A DNA stretch of 64,000 bases from Trichosphaerium sp. ATCC 40318 (Eukaryota > Protista > Tubulinea): contig JALMLS010000310.1 of NCBI GenBank assembly GCA_038496445.1, positions 1 through 64,000 on the forward strand. The letters are read 5' to 3'. Below the pieces are notes generated by a model. The model made no database searches and was not told where the DNA came from. It was given only the letters and a program-made list of their open reading frames with translations. How positions within the stretch are numbered: the stretch's first letter is position 1; the number at the start of each line of letters is the position of its first letter. This document shows, piece by piece, positions 38,726-52,554 of the stretch. The position numbers were made by a program, and so were the translations under genes.

Positions 38726-40836
38726 ATGCTATTTAGACGTGGTTTGCAACAAAAGTCGTTGATAATTGCCCGAACGCCGAAACTCGCTCAAAACGTTCAA
38801 AGATATCAATGTACTAAACGTACGCGTGTAGTTATCTTCAAATGTAACTATTTGGTAGAGGAGCCTAAGAAGAAACCATCGTTGGTTGTGTTAGGCAGTG
38901 GGTACGCACCATTTATCTAAACTCAATGAGACTTATTTGTTTACACGTGCGTAGTTGGGCGGCTTACCGCTTAGTTAACGATATAGATAACAAAGCATAC
39001 GATATAAAGGCTAGTCTACAAAACTAATTACCGTTAACCCATTTTCAGGTTGTTTCACCTCGAAACCATTTTTTATTCACTCCGTTACTCGCATCTACAA
39101 CAGTGGGCACACTAGATTTTAGATCAATAATTGAGCCGATCCGCGTCAAAAAGGTTCGCTTCTATGCATAGCTTGGTTATTAATATAGTGTCAAAGAAAC
39201 AATGGCGCTATTACCAAGGGTACCTGGATGGAATTGACAGAGAAAACAAGAGAATAATATGTAAAGGTATGAAGCCTCCTTGATTACTTCTCTTACAACT
39301 TGCGACAGGATTTTATGACAGCGCCCCTTTCTCAGTTAGTTATGATTACTGTGTTGTTGCTATTGGAGCTGCTAATAATACCTACAACATACCAGGCGTT
39401 AGGGAAAACACTTTCTTTTTGAAGGTACAAATTACTTTTTATAGTTCTTTTGTAAATGGGTTCCCTCTTATGTCAATCTCAGGAGCTAGATCATGCTAGA
39501 GCCATACGTCGCCATATAATAAAATGTTTTGAGCTCGCTTCTATACCGGGTAAACTTCCCTGCAATACAAAAAAGAAAGACTTTCTAATATGAGATTCAG
39601 GGCTTAGCGAAGAAAGAAGAAAATCTCTGCTACATTTTGTTGTAGTAGGTGGTGGACCGACAGGTGTAGAGGTACTTTAGATGGCGTTCAATGCTGCGTA
39701 CTAAAAGCTTTGCGTGTAGTTTAGTGGAGAACTGTCAGACTTTCTTTCTGAAGATATTTTTTACTATTTCCCTGACGTAAAACGTGAAGAGGTAGCCGGA
39801 ACAAACAATAAAAGTTCGACTTCATGATAATAATTTTAGGTCAAAATGACGCTTCTTGAAGGCAGTGAACGGATCTTATCACTTTTCACTTCGGAGTGCG
39901 TAATTTTCTTCGTGATAGTCAAGTAACTCACGTCTAGCCTCGTTAATCACGCAATGAAGAAACTCAGGAAAAATGGTGTCAATCTTATGCTCGAGACTTT
40001 TGTGACGAAAGTGGAGAAAAACAAAGTAAGTGTTCTTCATTTACGGTGCTGTAACATCATTGTATAGGTACATCTCGGGGATGGCACGGAAATAAACTGC
40101 GGTAAGTATGAATCTAAAAATAAAAATAAACTCGACTAACACGTGACCCACCCACAGGCACTATTATATGGAGGTACTACCGCTACAAAATGGGTGTCTT
40201 TTGCATAAATAATGCCTCAATACTGTTGATCTGACGTATTGTAGTACAGGTATTGGCGCTCATCCCGTGGTAAACACGCTCGGTTTTGAGCTTAATAATC
40301 ACGGTCAAATCAGAACAGATGACCACCTTCGTGTTCTAGGGACAAAGGTACTATAAAGTTGTCAGAAAAATACTTAATTCAATACAGGATTTTTTCGCTC
40401 TTGGTGACTGTGCTGACATAGATGGTAATCCGTTACCATCAACAGCGCAAGTGGCAGAGCAACAAGGGAAGTACCTAGCCAACGAACTTACGAAAAAAGC
40501 AAGAGGAGAAGTAGTTGATGCTTTCAAGGTACGCTCGTGATTGTCGATGTACTTTGCTTTAGTTCACACAAGTATTGTAGTTTAACTTCTTGGGTATGAT
40601 GGCATTCATCGGGCACTACGATGCTGTAGCAGACTTTAAAAAAGGACCTATACTAAGCGGGTTTGGTGCTTGGTTCTTGTGGCGTTCAGCGTATCTTACA
40701 AGACTTGGTAGTTTAAGAAATAAAATGCAAGTCCCAGTTAACTGGTTCAGGCACGTTAATGTCTCTAACCTCTCTATGACTAACTCCTGTAATCTCCAGA
40801 ACTCTCCTTTGGGGCCGAGACGTGAACTACTTCTAA
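38726..40836 (+). CDS. Type II (alternative) NADH:ubiquinone oxidoreductase
   Basis: [68 protein letters not shown]. Confidence 0.95.
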
Positions 40837-41277
40837 ACTGCAAAGATACCGAGAAGCATCGTGACGTGGAACTCGATTTTTTTAATTCACTTTGGAGCAC
40901 GGGAATCCACGATGGCTGAGATGACTGACAAAGATCCTAGAATTATTGTGCATTCACTCAAACGTATAATGAAGTTCATTTAAGCAAAATAGCTTTACCT
41001 TCCCCAAAATACAGGCTAATTTCCGCGTGTGCGGATGTGAAAATTTCTATTTTGGTATAGCACATGTAAAACTGAACCTATCGTTTCCTTATGGTGTATT
41101 GACGCGTTTGAGCGTTGCTTGTTAATATAGGCATTCTACCCGTTTACAAACCAGGTTCCCACTCTAGAAATAGTAAGTGTATAGCTATTAACGCAATGGT
41201 GATCGCTTGCAAGAACGTACTAGACCTTTTTGATTGGCAAATTACCATTTTTTTGTAAACTTGCATTTAATTGGCAC

Positions 41278-42954
41278 ATGTCGAAACGTACTACTTGTAA
41301 GTCGGTGTTATCTAATTGTACTCACTAGTAAACTTCTGTATTGTTGGTTGTGGGCGTATTGGCCAAGTTCACGCTCTTAATGCTAGCAACTCGCTTCGTA
41401 CTTCTGTCGTAGCCATTGTAGACGCTTTTGAGGCTACGAGAAACGTATGATGGTGTTTATTAAGGCTTTTAACGCTGCTACAGGAATGGGCTACAAAATT
41501 AGGTGCAAAACCTTTCGCTTCGCTTCAAGAAGCGCTTGACAGCGATATAAAGATTGATGCTGTAGTTGTTACAACACCAACAGCAACTCATCGCGACAAC
41601 GTTATTGGTGCGTGAATTAGCGTCAATTACGCTTGTATTCATTAATTCTAGTGGCGCTAAAGCAGAAGAAACCAGTGTTTTGCGAAAAACCTATTTCTTT
41701 AAATTTAAAAGAGGTAGACGAGTGCTACGCACTGGCGAAGCAAATGAACACTCCGTTGCTATGTGGTATGTAAAAAAATTGTAGTTTGTTGTGTTCACCG
41801 TTTGTAGGCTATCAAAGACGCCACGATCCTTCGTTTAGCGAGCTAAAGAGAAGATTAGTAGAAGGCGTCATTGGGCCTGCTCATATTATCAAAACAACGT
41901 CAAGAGACAACCCTATTCCTTCTATCGCATATCTCAAAACAAGTCGTACGTGACACGCTCATTGAACATTGTTTTGTAGTTTTCTTCCGTTCAAATGTCA
42001 TCATCAAACGAACTCCTAATCCAACTCCTAGAGGGTCTGTTCCATGATTGCGCGACGTATGATACTATTACAACGTCATCATTAATAGATTGTAGGCATG
42101 ATTTGGATGTTTGTCGTTGGTTGGCTGAAGAGGACCCAACAGAAGTATATGTCGCTGGCACAGCGAATTACAAAGATATTGGAGGTATTTTGGAGTCAGA
42201 TACTGATTTTCTCCAAGTTTTCTTACTGGTTCTTTACAGCAATTCCAGACGTTGACACTGCGATCATAGTACTTCGTTTCGCTTCTTCTAAAATAGCTAC
42301 TATTGATTTGAGTAGAAAGGCAGAATATGGTTATGGTAACCACTTGTGGCGCTATTTTTTTACGTCAATGTTATTTTTTGAACGGTTTTGTCGTAATCCT
42401 AACTTCTCATAAACTAGATCAAAGAATTGAAGTACACGGGGAAAAGGGCATGCTTAAAGCTGAAAACCCTTTCAAGACGTCTGTTGTATCTTGTACTAAG
42501 GATGGACATAACCAGGACGTTGTATGTGAATCATTGATAGTTTTGTTTTAAGACTCTTACTTTTTGTGTAGAGTTCTTTTAGTTTTCAACAACGATACAT
42601 ACAAACATATGCTATCGAATTGAATCATTTTATGGACGTTGTAGAAGGAAAAGCTGAGCCAATGATATCACATGATGACGCAAGAAAGGTACTAACCTGA
42701 CCGAAGAAAATCTTTGTTCTACCTTTTTCTTCGATCGTTATCTAAAAATAACGATCAAAAAATAACCTGACGTCAGGCATTCATTGGTTTTTATTTATAA
42801 AATTATTCAAACTACGTCAGTTTTTTGTGTTTTAAGCTGAAAGGAACGCACATGTGATATTTATATATTTATATTTATTTAGGTATGTATTCTGGCAAAC
42901 GCCTGTGATGAGTCTTTAAAGACTAGCCTACCTGTGAAAGTTGTATACAATTAA
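41278..42954 (+). CDS. myo-inositol 2-dehydrogenase-like (Gfo/Idh/MocA)
   Basis: IVGCGRIGQVH, VFCEKPIS, GYQRRHDP, TTSRDNP, GLFHDCATHD, IDLSRKAEYGYDQRIEVHG. Confidence 0.9.
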
Positions 42955-43355
42955 TTCAATAAAAACTTTGTGTACCGACTGAAAAATTTTTTTTACCGAA
43001 AAAACCGGTTCATTCGCCGATAGCGAAATAAGTTTTGCAGTTTTTATCATAAACTATTCTCATGAACCCATTTGCCGTAATCTCGGTATGAGTCTGAACC
43101 TTTTTAGGCTGTGATTTCCATTCTCAGAACGTATTTCTGTGTTCTTCTTGCGTTACACAAGTTTTCGCGTGAACTCCTGAAATTGTGCTAAATCGTGTTT
43201 CCAACGAATTTTACGCGTATATGGAACGTGTGATTTGGTCTTCGGTTTTGCGGAGACTCGAATTTCCACAATTTTTCAATTCATTTCACTGAAGAGTGAC
43301 AGAATGCGTTAGGTGAATCTTGCGTTGATAAAAGTGAAATCTCCAAACACCCCGA

Positions 43356-44375
43356 GTGGAACGCAACATTTCCCGAACATCAAAACAAATGACAGGTGGA
43401 CACCACAGCAACGTTTCCAACATGGCACAACACGTTAAACAGTCCAAGCCCTCCGCTAATATTAGAGTGTACCACGACTCTTTAAACAACCTCATGATAA
43501 AACATATACCTCTATTACTATCTGCAAACGATTGGAAAGTTGGTTTTGACTGCATTAAACATACAGGACTCAGAACCATACAGACGATGTTTTCAAATGG
43601 CACCAGTAGCGAGAAACAACAACAAGCAATAGTTTTATCGCGTCTTTGGAATCAATTAGTCACACCAAAAGAAGATTCTTGCTTAAATCTACAAAACCAG
43701 TCGTCCAAGGCTCCAACGAAACCTAAACCGCTCACATTCGCAAATGCAGTCTTTGAATATCTCATGCTTCAAAAACGCCACAACTTGGCTCTCTTCCTGA
43801 TGAAACTTTTATCACGCATAGAATCTCATGTTTGGGGTTCAAAGAGAGGCCTTTTATACATTGTATACAAGTTCCAAGAACTCCTATCCGAGTGGTGTTC
43901 GTTTAGAGGCTGCAAAACGGAATCAATGCAAAATGCAGTCCTAACGATACTACGATTCGCAAGCGAACATCAGATTCAAGCGATCTTTACACGCGCATTA
44001 CGAATGTGCCTCCCTGCCAGCAACCCAAAGAGAAAGCTACTCTTACGATGCATGGAGCGTGGTATGTCAATGAGAAGACGAGGTATTACAACTCACGGCA
44101 CAAAATCATCCTCTCCATCCAGGAAACGCAAATCTCCATCCCAAATGCGCAGACGCTCTTCAAAACAAAGAAAAATAGCACCATGCCCAGTTGTGATGAT
44201 ACACGATGACGACAGCTCAGATAGCCCATTCAAACCAATCAAACAAGTGCAACTATCCTTCGCGCCTACTTCCAACACTGAGACACACACTACCGTCCTT
44301 GGTATGCCTGCTCTAGCACAATCAAACTCCTTTAGAACACTACCTGTACCGGAGCTTGTAATGGCTGATATCTAA
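43356..44375 (+). CDS. Intronless hypothetical protein with basic NLS-like C-terminal region
   Basis: 339-aa ORF; no family recognised. Confidence 0.55.
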   Translation: MERNISRTSKQMTGGHHSNVSNMAQHVKQSKPSANIRVYHDSLNNLMIKHIPLLLSANDWKVGFDCIKHTGLRTIQTMFSNGTSSEKQQQAIVLSRLWNQLVTPKEDSCLNLQNQSSKAPTKPKPLTFANAVFEYLMLQKRHNLALFLMKLLSRIESHVWGSKRGLLYIVYKFQELLSEWCSFRGCKTESMQNAVLTILRFASEHQIQAIFTRALRMCLPASNPKRKLLLRCMERGMSMRRRGITTHGTKSSSPSRKRKSPSQMRRRSSKQRKIAPCPVVMIHDDDSSDSPFKPIKQVQLSFAPTSNTETHTTVLGMPALAQSNSFRTLPVPELVMADI

Positions 44376-44661
44376 AGCTGTTTGTTTTGTTGCGCGATTT
44401 TGTGGGCTGCGCACTACTGATGTACATACTGTATTCTAAAAAATAAATGTAAACTACCAACCCTAAACCGCCTCGTTCTTCGTTTTGTAGAATTGATCTT
44501 TTTTTTTGCGACGTCCGTCCAACAAAGCAACTGCGTGGTTAGCACGATTCCAGTCGTTCGATGATGCGTTCTTTATTATGACGCAATGTTAGTGGCAAGG
44601 ATTCAGTCACAGCTGTTTCAAGATACATTCAACGAGTTGAATAAAACGGCGCAATGTAACG

Positions 44662-47015
44662 ATGGAAGTTAAAAGCATTTACAAACAAATTACTAAACGG
44701 CAAATAAATGGTTTTAATTATAACGGCTTTCCACGCTCTCCTGTTGCGTTCGTGACCTCTCTGGCATCCAACGTTTCACTTGTATCACATCTTCAGCAAT
44801 TCGAGTCTTTACAGTCCCATAGTGGGTGCGTTAACACAGGTGAGCATATTAAACAGCTTAGTACGTTATTTTCTAAACGATTGAAGTTAATTGGTCCGCT
44901 GATGGTAATAAACTCGTCTCTGGGTCAGATGACACTTGTGTTTGCGTATGGGAACCTTTTCAAGGCACAAAAACGCAATCTCTACTTTCTTCTGACACTT
45001 TCTCAAAAAGAGAATCATCTCGCTTTGAAATTCTACTCAGGACACCGTGCCAATATATTTTCTACAAAGTTTCTACCTTTCCAAAATGATAACTTAGTAA
45101 TTTCTTGCGCTGGAGTACGTATCACGTGATTGAAAGAAATACAGAAGTTGCCTGGCTAAAAACTTTATGCATTTGCATCCAATTTGACATTTTGTTGAAA
45201 ACAAGTTGTCTTAATCTACTTAGGATTGCCAAGTGCGTGCTTTTTACTTGCACCAACAAGAAGAAGGAATGGTAACTCCTTATTTTGTATCCAAGCATCA
45301 CAAGTACGATCACAATTTGTTGTGCTTCTTCTTCACCTGTTTTTTTTACAGCATGTAAAGTTTTCAAAATCTTCTCGTTGTTGCTAGTGATTATCTTATA
45401 TCTGTTCTAGTGAACGTGTCAAAAAACTAGCATTCTTTAATGATTCTTCATTCACGTTCTTGAGTGCTTCAGAAGACTGTACAAGCCTCCTATTTGATCT
45501 ACGTACTACTAATGTATGTTATTGTTTTCTATTGTCTTACTAATTTGGTCCTTCTAGAGGAGTCCATTGAAGGTTATTGATTTGGCTCAAGGAAACAGAA
45601 CTGACGCAGTAGAACTAACTTCTGTTGCGATAAGTGGGAATTACATAGCAGTTGGAGGACGTAAGCGTTTTTCTGATTATTATGAAGATTAGTTTACTCC
45701 TATCCTCCAGGCGACCCATTTGTACGTGTTTACGATAAACGTATATGCCGTAGCGAAACAGGAGATAGGTATTTACTTTGAGAACGAGAGAATCTTTCGC
45801 GAACTAGTTTTATTCACAAACCACATTGTCTGACGCTCACTTTACATTAGACCTGCAGGAAAAGATGACTTTGTGAAGCGGTTTGCGCCAGAGCATATAG
45901 TAAAAGCTCAAATTGGATCAAGCTACATGCGTCGGGGTTGTATAACAAGCGTGGCGTTTTTTAGAAATGAGATTTTGTCCACACATGCAAGTGCGTAATG
46001 TCATTAGCTAAAAAAATTTCTTGAGCGCTTGTTTTTTTTCTCACATGCTATAACCTTAGATGACGATATTTTTCTTTATGACATTAATGAAACGAAATCT
46101 TGGGATGGTAATGAAGATATACACACACAAGACGATGATGTGGATAACCCAGAAATGTTTTTGTCACCTCAGGTTTACTTTTATTACACATCTTGTGAAA
46201 AGTATTCACGTAATTAGTGTTAACAATGTCTTCGTGTAGGACAGTTCCCAATATTATAAACATACATACCAAGGTCATTGTAATATACGTACAGTTAAAG
46301 AAATCAACTTCTTTGGACCCATGGGTGAATACGTTATTTCAGGTAACCAGTTTCGGGTCCTTCTTGGAAGAAATTTTTTTTTGGTTTTCAAACCCAGACT
46401 TCATATTAATCACCTTTGTGTTTTTTAGGTAGTGATTGTGGTAACATATTCATATGGGATAAAACTACGCGCCGTTTAGTTAATGTAATGCATGGAGATG
46501 AAGGTACGTTAAAAAACACAATTGTAACGTGGTGTGACACAAAACTGCAAATTTCATTTTTTTTTCGCAAAATGAAAACTGTTTTTTTGTTTATTAGCTA
46601 ATAATTTTTATTTTTAGATGTCGTTAACTGTGTTCAAGTAAGGCCGTTAAATGAGCTTCTGCGCCTTGTCTAACACGGTTTTTTTTGTAAAAAGGGTCAC
46701 CCATATCATTGTTTGTTAGCAACTAGTGGTATTGAAGATGATGTGAAGTTATGGTCACCTAATTTTGATGTACCAAAACGAAATGATGAAGAAATGGCGA
46801 AATACTCCAAGGAGAATAGAGAAAGATATAAGACATCATCATCTGAACGTAGTGTTCATATACCTGCTTCAATTCTACAAGCTCTTATGAGGGGAGACAT
46901 TGCATTGGGTGCGTTTTTTGTTAATTTCTTTTTTATTGCATCGATGATTGTTGTTTTTTTGCTAAACTCGCGTTCAGACGAGGAGGATGGTCCTTCAGCA
47001 TGTAATCCTCAATAA
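44662..47015 (+). CDS. WD40 DCAF8/DCAF6-like protein
   Basis: HSGCVNT, SGSDD, GHRANIFSTKFLP, YQGHCNIRTVKEINFFG, GSDCGNIFIWDK, VVNCVQGHP, LATSGIEDDVKLWSP. Confidence 0.92.
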
Positions 47016-48252
47016 ATGGCGTAAAAACCGCTATTACACTGTTATTTTAACACTGTAAGTTGTTTTTTTTTGCTTTGAATAGGAACTGGTTTGGTTTTTT
47101 GTCCGTTTACTGTTTTGCTTTGTTATTTTTCCTTAAATATTCTTAAAACCAAGGCAATGAGATGTTTCGTTGAGCTGCTCATGGCGAAAAACCATTACCA
47201 CACATGTGTATACCTCACGGGATAGTGATATTTTGTTGAGTTAATCATTAACTGTTGAAAGCACAGCATAAGACATCAGACATCTGAGTGTAGTGTTCAT
47301 AAGGCAGTAGAAAATTAAATTCGTTGTGTTACAATTGAACAATCGCTACGATAAAGGAATTACAAGTTGTATCGGCAATGAATACGTAACAATCGCGTAC
47401 GAGCATTTTGAGAAAAACTGTGGTAAGAATAAAACAAGAACTGAACGTGTTAGAATATCATTATCTAACAATAAACATAGGACATTTTAGCACCATGAGT
47501 GCTTGTGTCTCTGCCAGTTTTGGTACCAGGTGATATTAATGCACTTGAACAGAAGCGGATTCTGCTCCTTTGACTATTGGAGTTTTGGCTACTGTACGCA
47601 TCCTCAAGGCTCTTATTTTGTGCTTAACTTCTGCTATTAGATGATGTCTAAGTACTGGGTTCATTTCTCACAAATTCCACAACATGCTGCTATCGCAAGA
47701 AGAATCGCAAGAGATCATGCTTCCCACGAAATATTTTATACTCCAGGAAATGGCAATATTTTAAATTTGAGGGATTGTCAGCCTCGTATTTTGCGTTCAG
47801 TATGTATGTTGATCACATACCCTAATTGTTTGTAAATAAACAATCTACCACAATTGTTGTATTGAGTATTTATTGACTTCATTTCTTTTGTTCACAACGC
47901 TATACCACCGCTTGTAAGAATAAAGTAGGAATGAACAAGTTTTTCGTACTATAGCACCGTTTCTCACCAATCATAAACTGGTTGTTTATGTATGTAATTG
48001 TTCTTCAGGTTACCAATATTAGAACCTCTTTCACTTACGCTCTTTCTAAAGCGGTTTTGTCGCAATCACATTAGCCAATAGCATGTCTTGCAATTGAACT
48101 GACCTTCAGGAATTTGTCTGCATCCAGAACTGCGCTTTAAAACTTGTTTTGTTTTCAAAAATATTTGAATTGAGTTCTTTTATGTAACGTGTTTTCTCAT
48201 TTATCTCAATAAGTGGGTGTAAGAACAACAATATTCTTTTATTATGTACAAA

Positions 48253-50849
48253 TCAAAAATGAGTTTCCCATTGTAAGATAACACTTGCAGTATGAGAAAA
48301 TTGAGAATTCTTATTTTGCATGATAACTTTCATATCTTCAATATCATCAAACAATTCATCATTCACTTTACAATACTTTCTTATGATTGCTATACTAATT
48401 AAAGCAAGACCAACTGGTCTACCAAGTTGAAAAGAGTATGAGCCAGTAGTAACAAACCTAGAAAAGAAACAATGAGCTCATTGATCCAACTATTAAAAAA
48501 AGATGAAAACGTTGTCCGTTTTTTTTGTTCGAAAATCTCATACCCTGCAAGAACTCTTTCTCCATTTACATCAATAAAAAGCCTTGTTTGTGGATGTGGG
48601 GTACGTTTTTCACCATATACAATACCAGAAACGAACTTCATGTTGGATATGTCCTAAAACAAAATAAACTTTCAAAAAAAACAACTGTAGATTTTCCTAA
48701 TTGAACAAAAACTTACGTCATCTATGCAACGTGCTACTGCAGCTACAGCTCCAACACGATTTGACTCAATCTGGGTGTTATTTGAATCTAAGAGTTTGTT
48801 CCATGGTATTTTAAACGGTGAAGCAATCCTAGGTAAGTAAGTATAAAGTCAGACATGCTAAAAACGAAAACAAGAAAATTTTTTCTCGTACTTTAAAGCA
48901 TCATAGTTAACACGTTTACTAGGTGGCTTAGACATCCACTTTTGTTTGTCCTTCTTAGCCTCAGAATCTGACCATTCAGTATAAGCAGGAGAGTCGATAA
49001 AATCAAAAGGAAACCGAGGAACTTGCTGCTCAAAGCCAATTCTAGAGCGATCTCTAAATCCCATAACACGAGCTCCTTTAAATAAAAGAGCTTTGAAAAT
49101 AGGTGCTCCCCATGAAGATGGTGCAATTATTGACCATCCAGAACCGAACCCATTTCTAGCGCCAGGTATGGTATACATAAGAACAGATGTTTTAGGTGGA
49201 TTCATAATTTCAGTAAGAGACATATTTGTTTCTTTTGTTCCTTTTCCTTTTTTTTTTGAAATTTTTACTTCTGACCTGTACTGACTACCCCACATTTGTG
49301 ATTGAACATAGCTATCTTTTATATTTATCATTGGTTCTTCTGAATTCACTCTTACATGTGTTGCTATCCATTCAGGTACCTTGAAGCGCATAAGTGTTTA
49401 ATAACTGAAAAAGAAAAAAGTTGGTTTGGAATCTTACTTCGTTTGATGCTGACGTCGTTCCCTTCTCTATGCTTTCTCTGAGACAAACATAAGAAGGATG
49501 CTTTAATGTAGCTCCGATGAGTGTTCCATAAGGTAATGAACCAACCCTGGTACTAAGCATCTTATCAACAACATGAGCATTGACACCGTTCCCTTCCTCA
49601 GCATCTAAGAACGAAAGAGATCTCTTGATAATAGACCCAGCTTGTGGGCCAAGAACTTCAATAAATATCAAGTCGTCCAGCTTGGTAAAAATAATCTCTT
49701 GCATTGCGTCTGTAGAGCAGAAATCAGCAAAAAAAAAGATATCAAAAAAAAAAGAAAAAACATTTGAATTTGCTTTAAGCAGTTTCTCTTTCTCTTACGA
49801 TCATGTTACAGACTTTTTTTATATGCACGTACCCTTGTTGAATATATCCAAACGCTCTTTGAGGAATTTACAAGCAAGAGTAGCTCCAGCTGGATGAAAA
49901 ACTAACCAACATTTTTGTTGTTCCATTTTTGGACCAAAAATAACATCAAGGACAGACAACACTTCTCCCGTTATTGTATCCTTCAACAACAGATTATGTA
50001 TTACCCCACCAGGTTTTCCCATACATAAATGATCTTTTGGGAGTAGCAATAGTCTTGCAAAAGCAAGAATCGTGTCGAAATCTTTACAAGAAAGTTCAAC
50101 AACCGTTTTGTATGAAGCGTCATGTAAGACAGCTGATTTACTAACGCCACGATAAAGAGCACGCTCTGATTTATCTACAGGAGCCCATGGCTATCAATAG
50201 AGTAAGCTTGATTACGCTGTAGGCGATAAAAAGGAACGAGATCAAGAATTGTATGCGTACTATTTTAAATCCCCACAAAGGCCTCATTTTGAACCTCTTA
50301 GCGTGCCAAATATGTGTTTCCAACCATCTAGTTATTGTTTAAATGCTAACGCGTCATTGTTTTGATTGTACTTGAACTCTCGCTGCCTGTCTTCATATCC
50401 ATGTCTCAATAGCGCGTGACGTCGCTTAGAAACGCGATATTTGTGTTTTGACCCCTTTTCTTTTTTAAATGGTACTCCGCCGTTGCGGTGCTCTCGCATA
50501 GCAGCACCACGCAACCGGTTTGGCAATAAATAAACGTTGTGTGACATTTGGCGCCTACGTAAGAATCTCGGCAATTTCTGCATGCCAGTAAGTATACAAG
50601 CGTAAATACCGGCGTGTGTAGGTTTTCGTTAATAATTACCTGAAACACTCTTCCTCTTGGCTCTTGCTTTACGTGGTCTTGTAGAGCTTGTATTTCCTTA
50701 GCTCTAGCCTCATACAGCATTCTGACATTAACCACTATGGGCGCAGCTTCATTTTTACCAGCTATACGTGTCCCAGATTGCTTCTTAGTATCCTTTTCCA
50801 TAGTACTACCCTTCTTTCTGCGCTTAGGGTTTGGTTGGTTATCGCTCAT
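48253..50849 (-). CDS. POP1: RNase P/MRP protein subunit POP1
   Basis: ARAKEI..L, FQKLPRFLRRRQMSHN..LP.RLR, WLETHIWHAKRFKM..LWG, LHDASY, GSGWSIIAPSSWG, FPFDF.DS, KPPSKRVNY. Confidence 0.95.
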
Positions 50850-51487
50850 ACCGCTAACAAGGAAGAACAGCCTAAAAAGAGCAAAACTTAATCACGATTT
50901 ATTAAGGAAGCGAAAGCAAATCCTATCAACGTGTGGTTACGACGTGGTTACATACTTGATATGCAACAGCATTAAATCACGTGTCAGTGCTCTCTAGTAG
51001 TTTTTTTTTTTGGCAATTGCACTGGCTGTACTGCTCTGCATACGCGCAACATGGCGCTTTTCAATGTCACGTTTCAGTATTTTAATTGACATTTGGAATC
51101 AAGCCAATTTGTTTTGTACATGTGTACATAGCACTATGAAATGGTATTGTTGAAACTCATTAGATGCTTGTTTTAGTGTGAAGACTTTGTAATTCTATCA
51201 ACAACTTTGGCACCTAGAACAATAACTGCAATACGTATACACGGTTTGTTTAGGGCGTATTCTACCAAGCGCCAGCTTTAGCAACTACCACCATATTTAT
51301 GGTTTTTTTTGTGCAACGAAATCTCGAGGTATTTGAATTTCTACCACACTCCACAAACACTAAAGCACTTTATTATAAAACTCACATTTACCACTATCTA
51401 CCACCACACCTGCTTTCAATAAACGTACGGTATAATAGAAAAACAACTAAAACGCTAGTATAACTTTGTTTAAATACTACGTAGGGT

Positions 51488-52485
51488 ATGAAGCTTACCT
51501 TAGCGAAATTATTGTTTTGTATTGCAGTTTTAACCACAGTAGCCGCTAATGTACATGGCATTCAACGTAAGTACTTCATTTACTAAAAATACGCAGCGGA
51601 AGGCCCCTGTGTGCATAAAAAGCAGCAGATTCCTTAAATGTGTTTTTTTTTCGAATTCTACAAAAAGCTGTACTAACACCCGATTGAGGTACTCTAGATG
51701 CTAGTCAAACCAACACAACAACTAAAGATTATAACGGACAAGGTGATAATAAATCTTCAGGTATAGGTAAAATAGTTGGCGTAAGCATTGGCGTAGTTAT
51801 AATATGCGCGTTGATTGTAACTGGCGTAATTATTGCAATTGTTTATTTGAGAAAATCAAAACACCAAAAACAAACCTCACCAGCAACACTCACACCCGAT
51901 ATTTCTGCTCCTATCGGTACACCCACACGTCTTGGTGGTAATAATGGATATGTGTCGCAACAACCTTACATTAATTGCTCTTCGCACGATCAAAGCGTTA
52001 CTATGTACAGTGACAGCGATATGGACATGATAACAGAAAAGTTTCATAAGGCTACAGTGAGATATGGAGCGCTGCCAAAGCTAACGCAACCAAGCTTGAA
52101 TCCGAATAGAGCTAACTACTACGCGCCACTACCACCACATGTCCGCGAGCTAGGAAGTATTGCTGAATCATCGCCTGAGACTGCTAGGCCACCAGCAAGA
52201 CTAACTAGACCTAATCCCGAGTACGATACAGCAGCCTTGAATAGTCCACTGCCAATTGTACCAGGAGCGGATGAAGTAGAGCGAGGCTATCCCGTACAGC
52301 CTATTGAACATAAAATCGAACAGCCACCAGATGTATATCCTTGTAGGCTTTGTAAGAAGCACTTTTCGGTACCAGATATGAAAATCTTGAAAGAGCACCA
52401 ATTTTGTAAACCTTGTTATGTCACTATAGTTGATAAAATACGCCAACGACGGAAAAACACTCAACAAATAGCCTTTTTTTTTTAA
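51488..52485 (+). CDS. Single-pass type I membrane protein: very short ectodomain, Tyr/Pro-rich tail, C-terminal Cys finger
   Basis: Signal MKLTLAKLLFCIAVLTTVAA, TM IVGVSIGVVIICALIVTGVIIAIVYL, tail CRLC..HQFCKPCY. Confidence 0.7.
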
Positions 52486-52554
52486 GTCAACTAGTTCGTA
52501 CAGTGCTAAGCGAGAGTGCCACAAGACTTCAATTAAAACGGTTGAGTGTATGGG

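Noticed and set aside
42730-42778. Perfect intronic hairpin GATCGTTAT/ATAACGATC and palindrome CCTGACGTCAGG (similar ones at ~17405 and ~59045)
   Set aside because: No boxes, TSD or repeated copies in the window; short hairpins are expected by chance.
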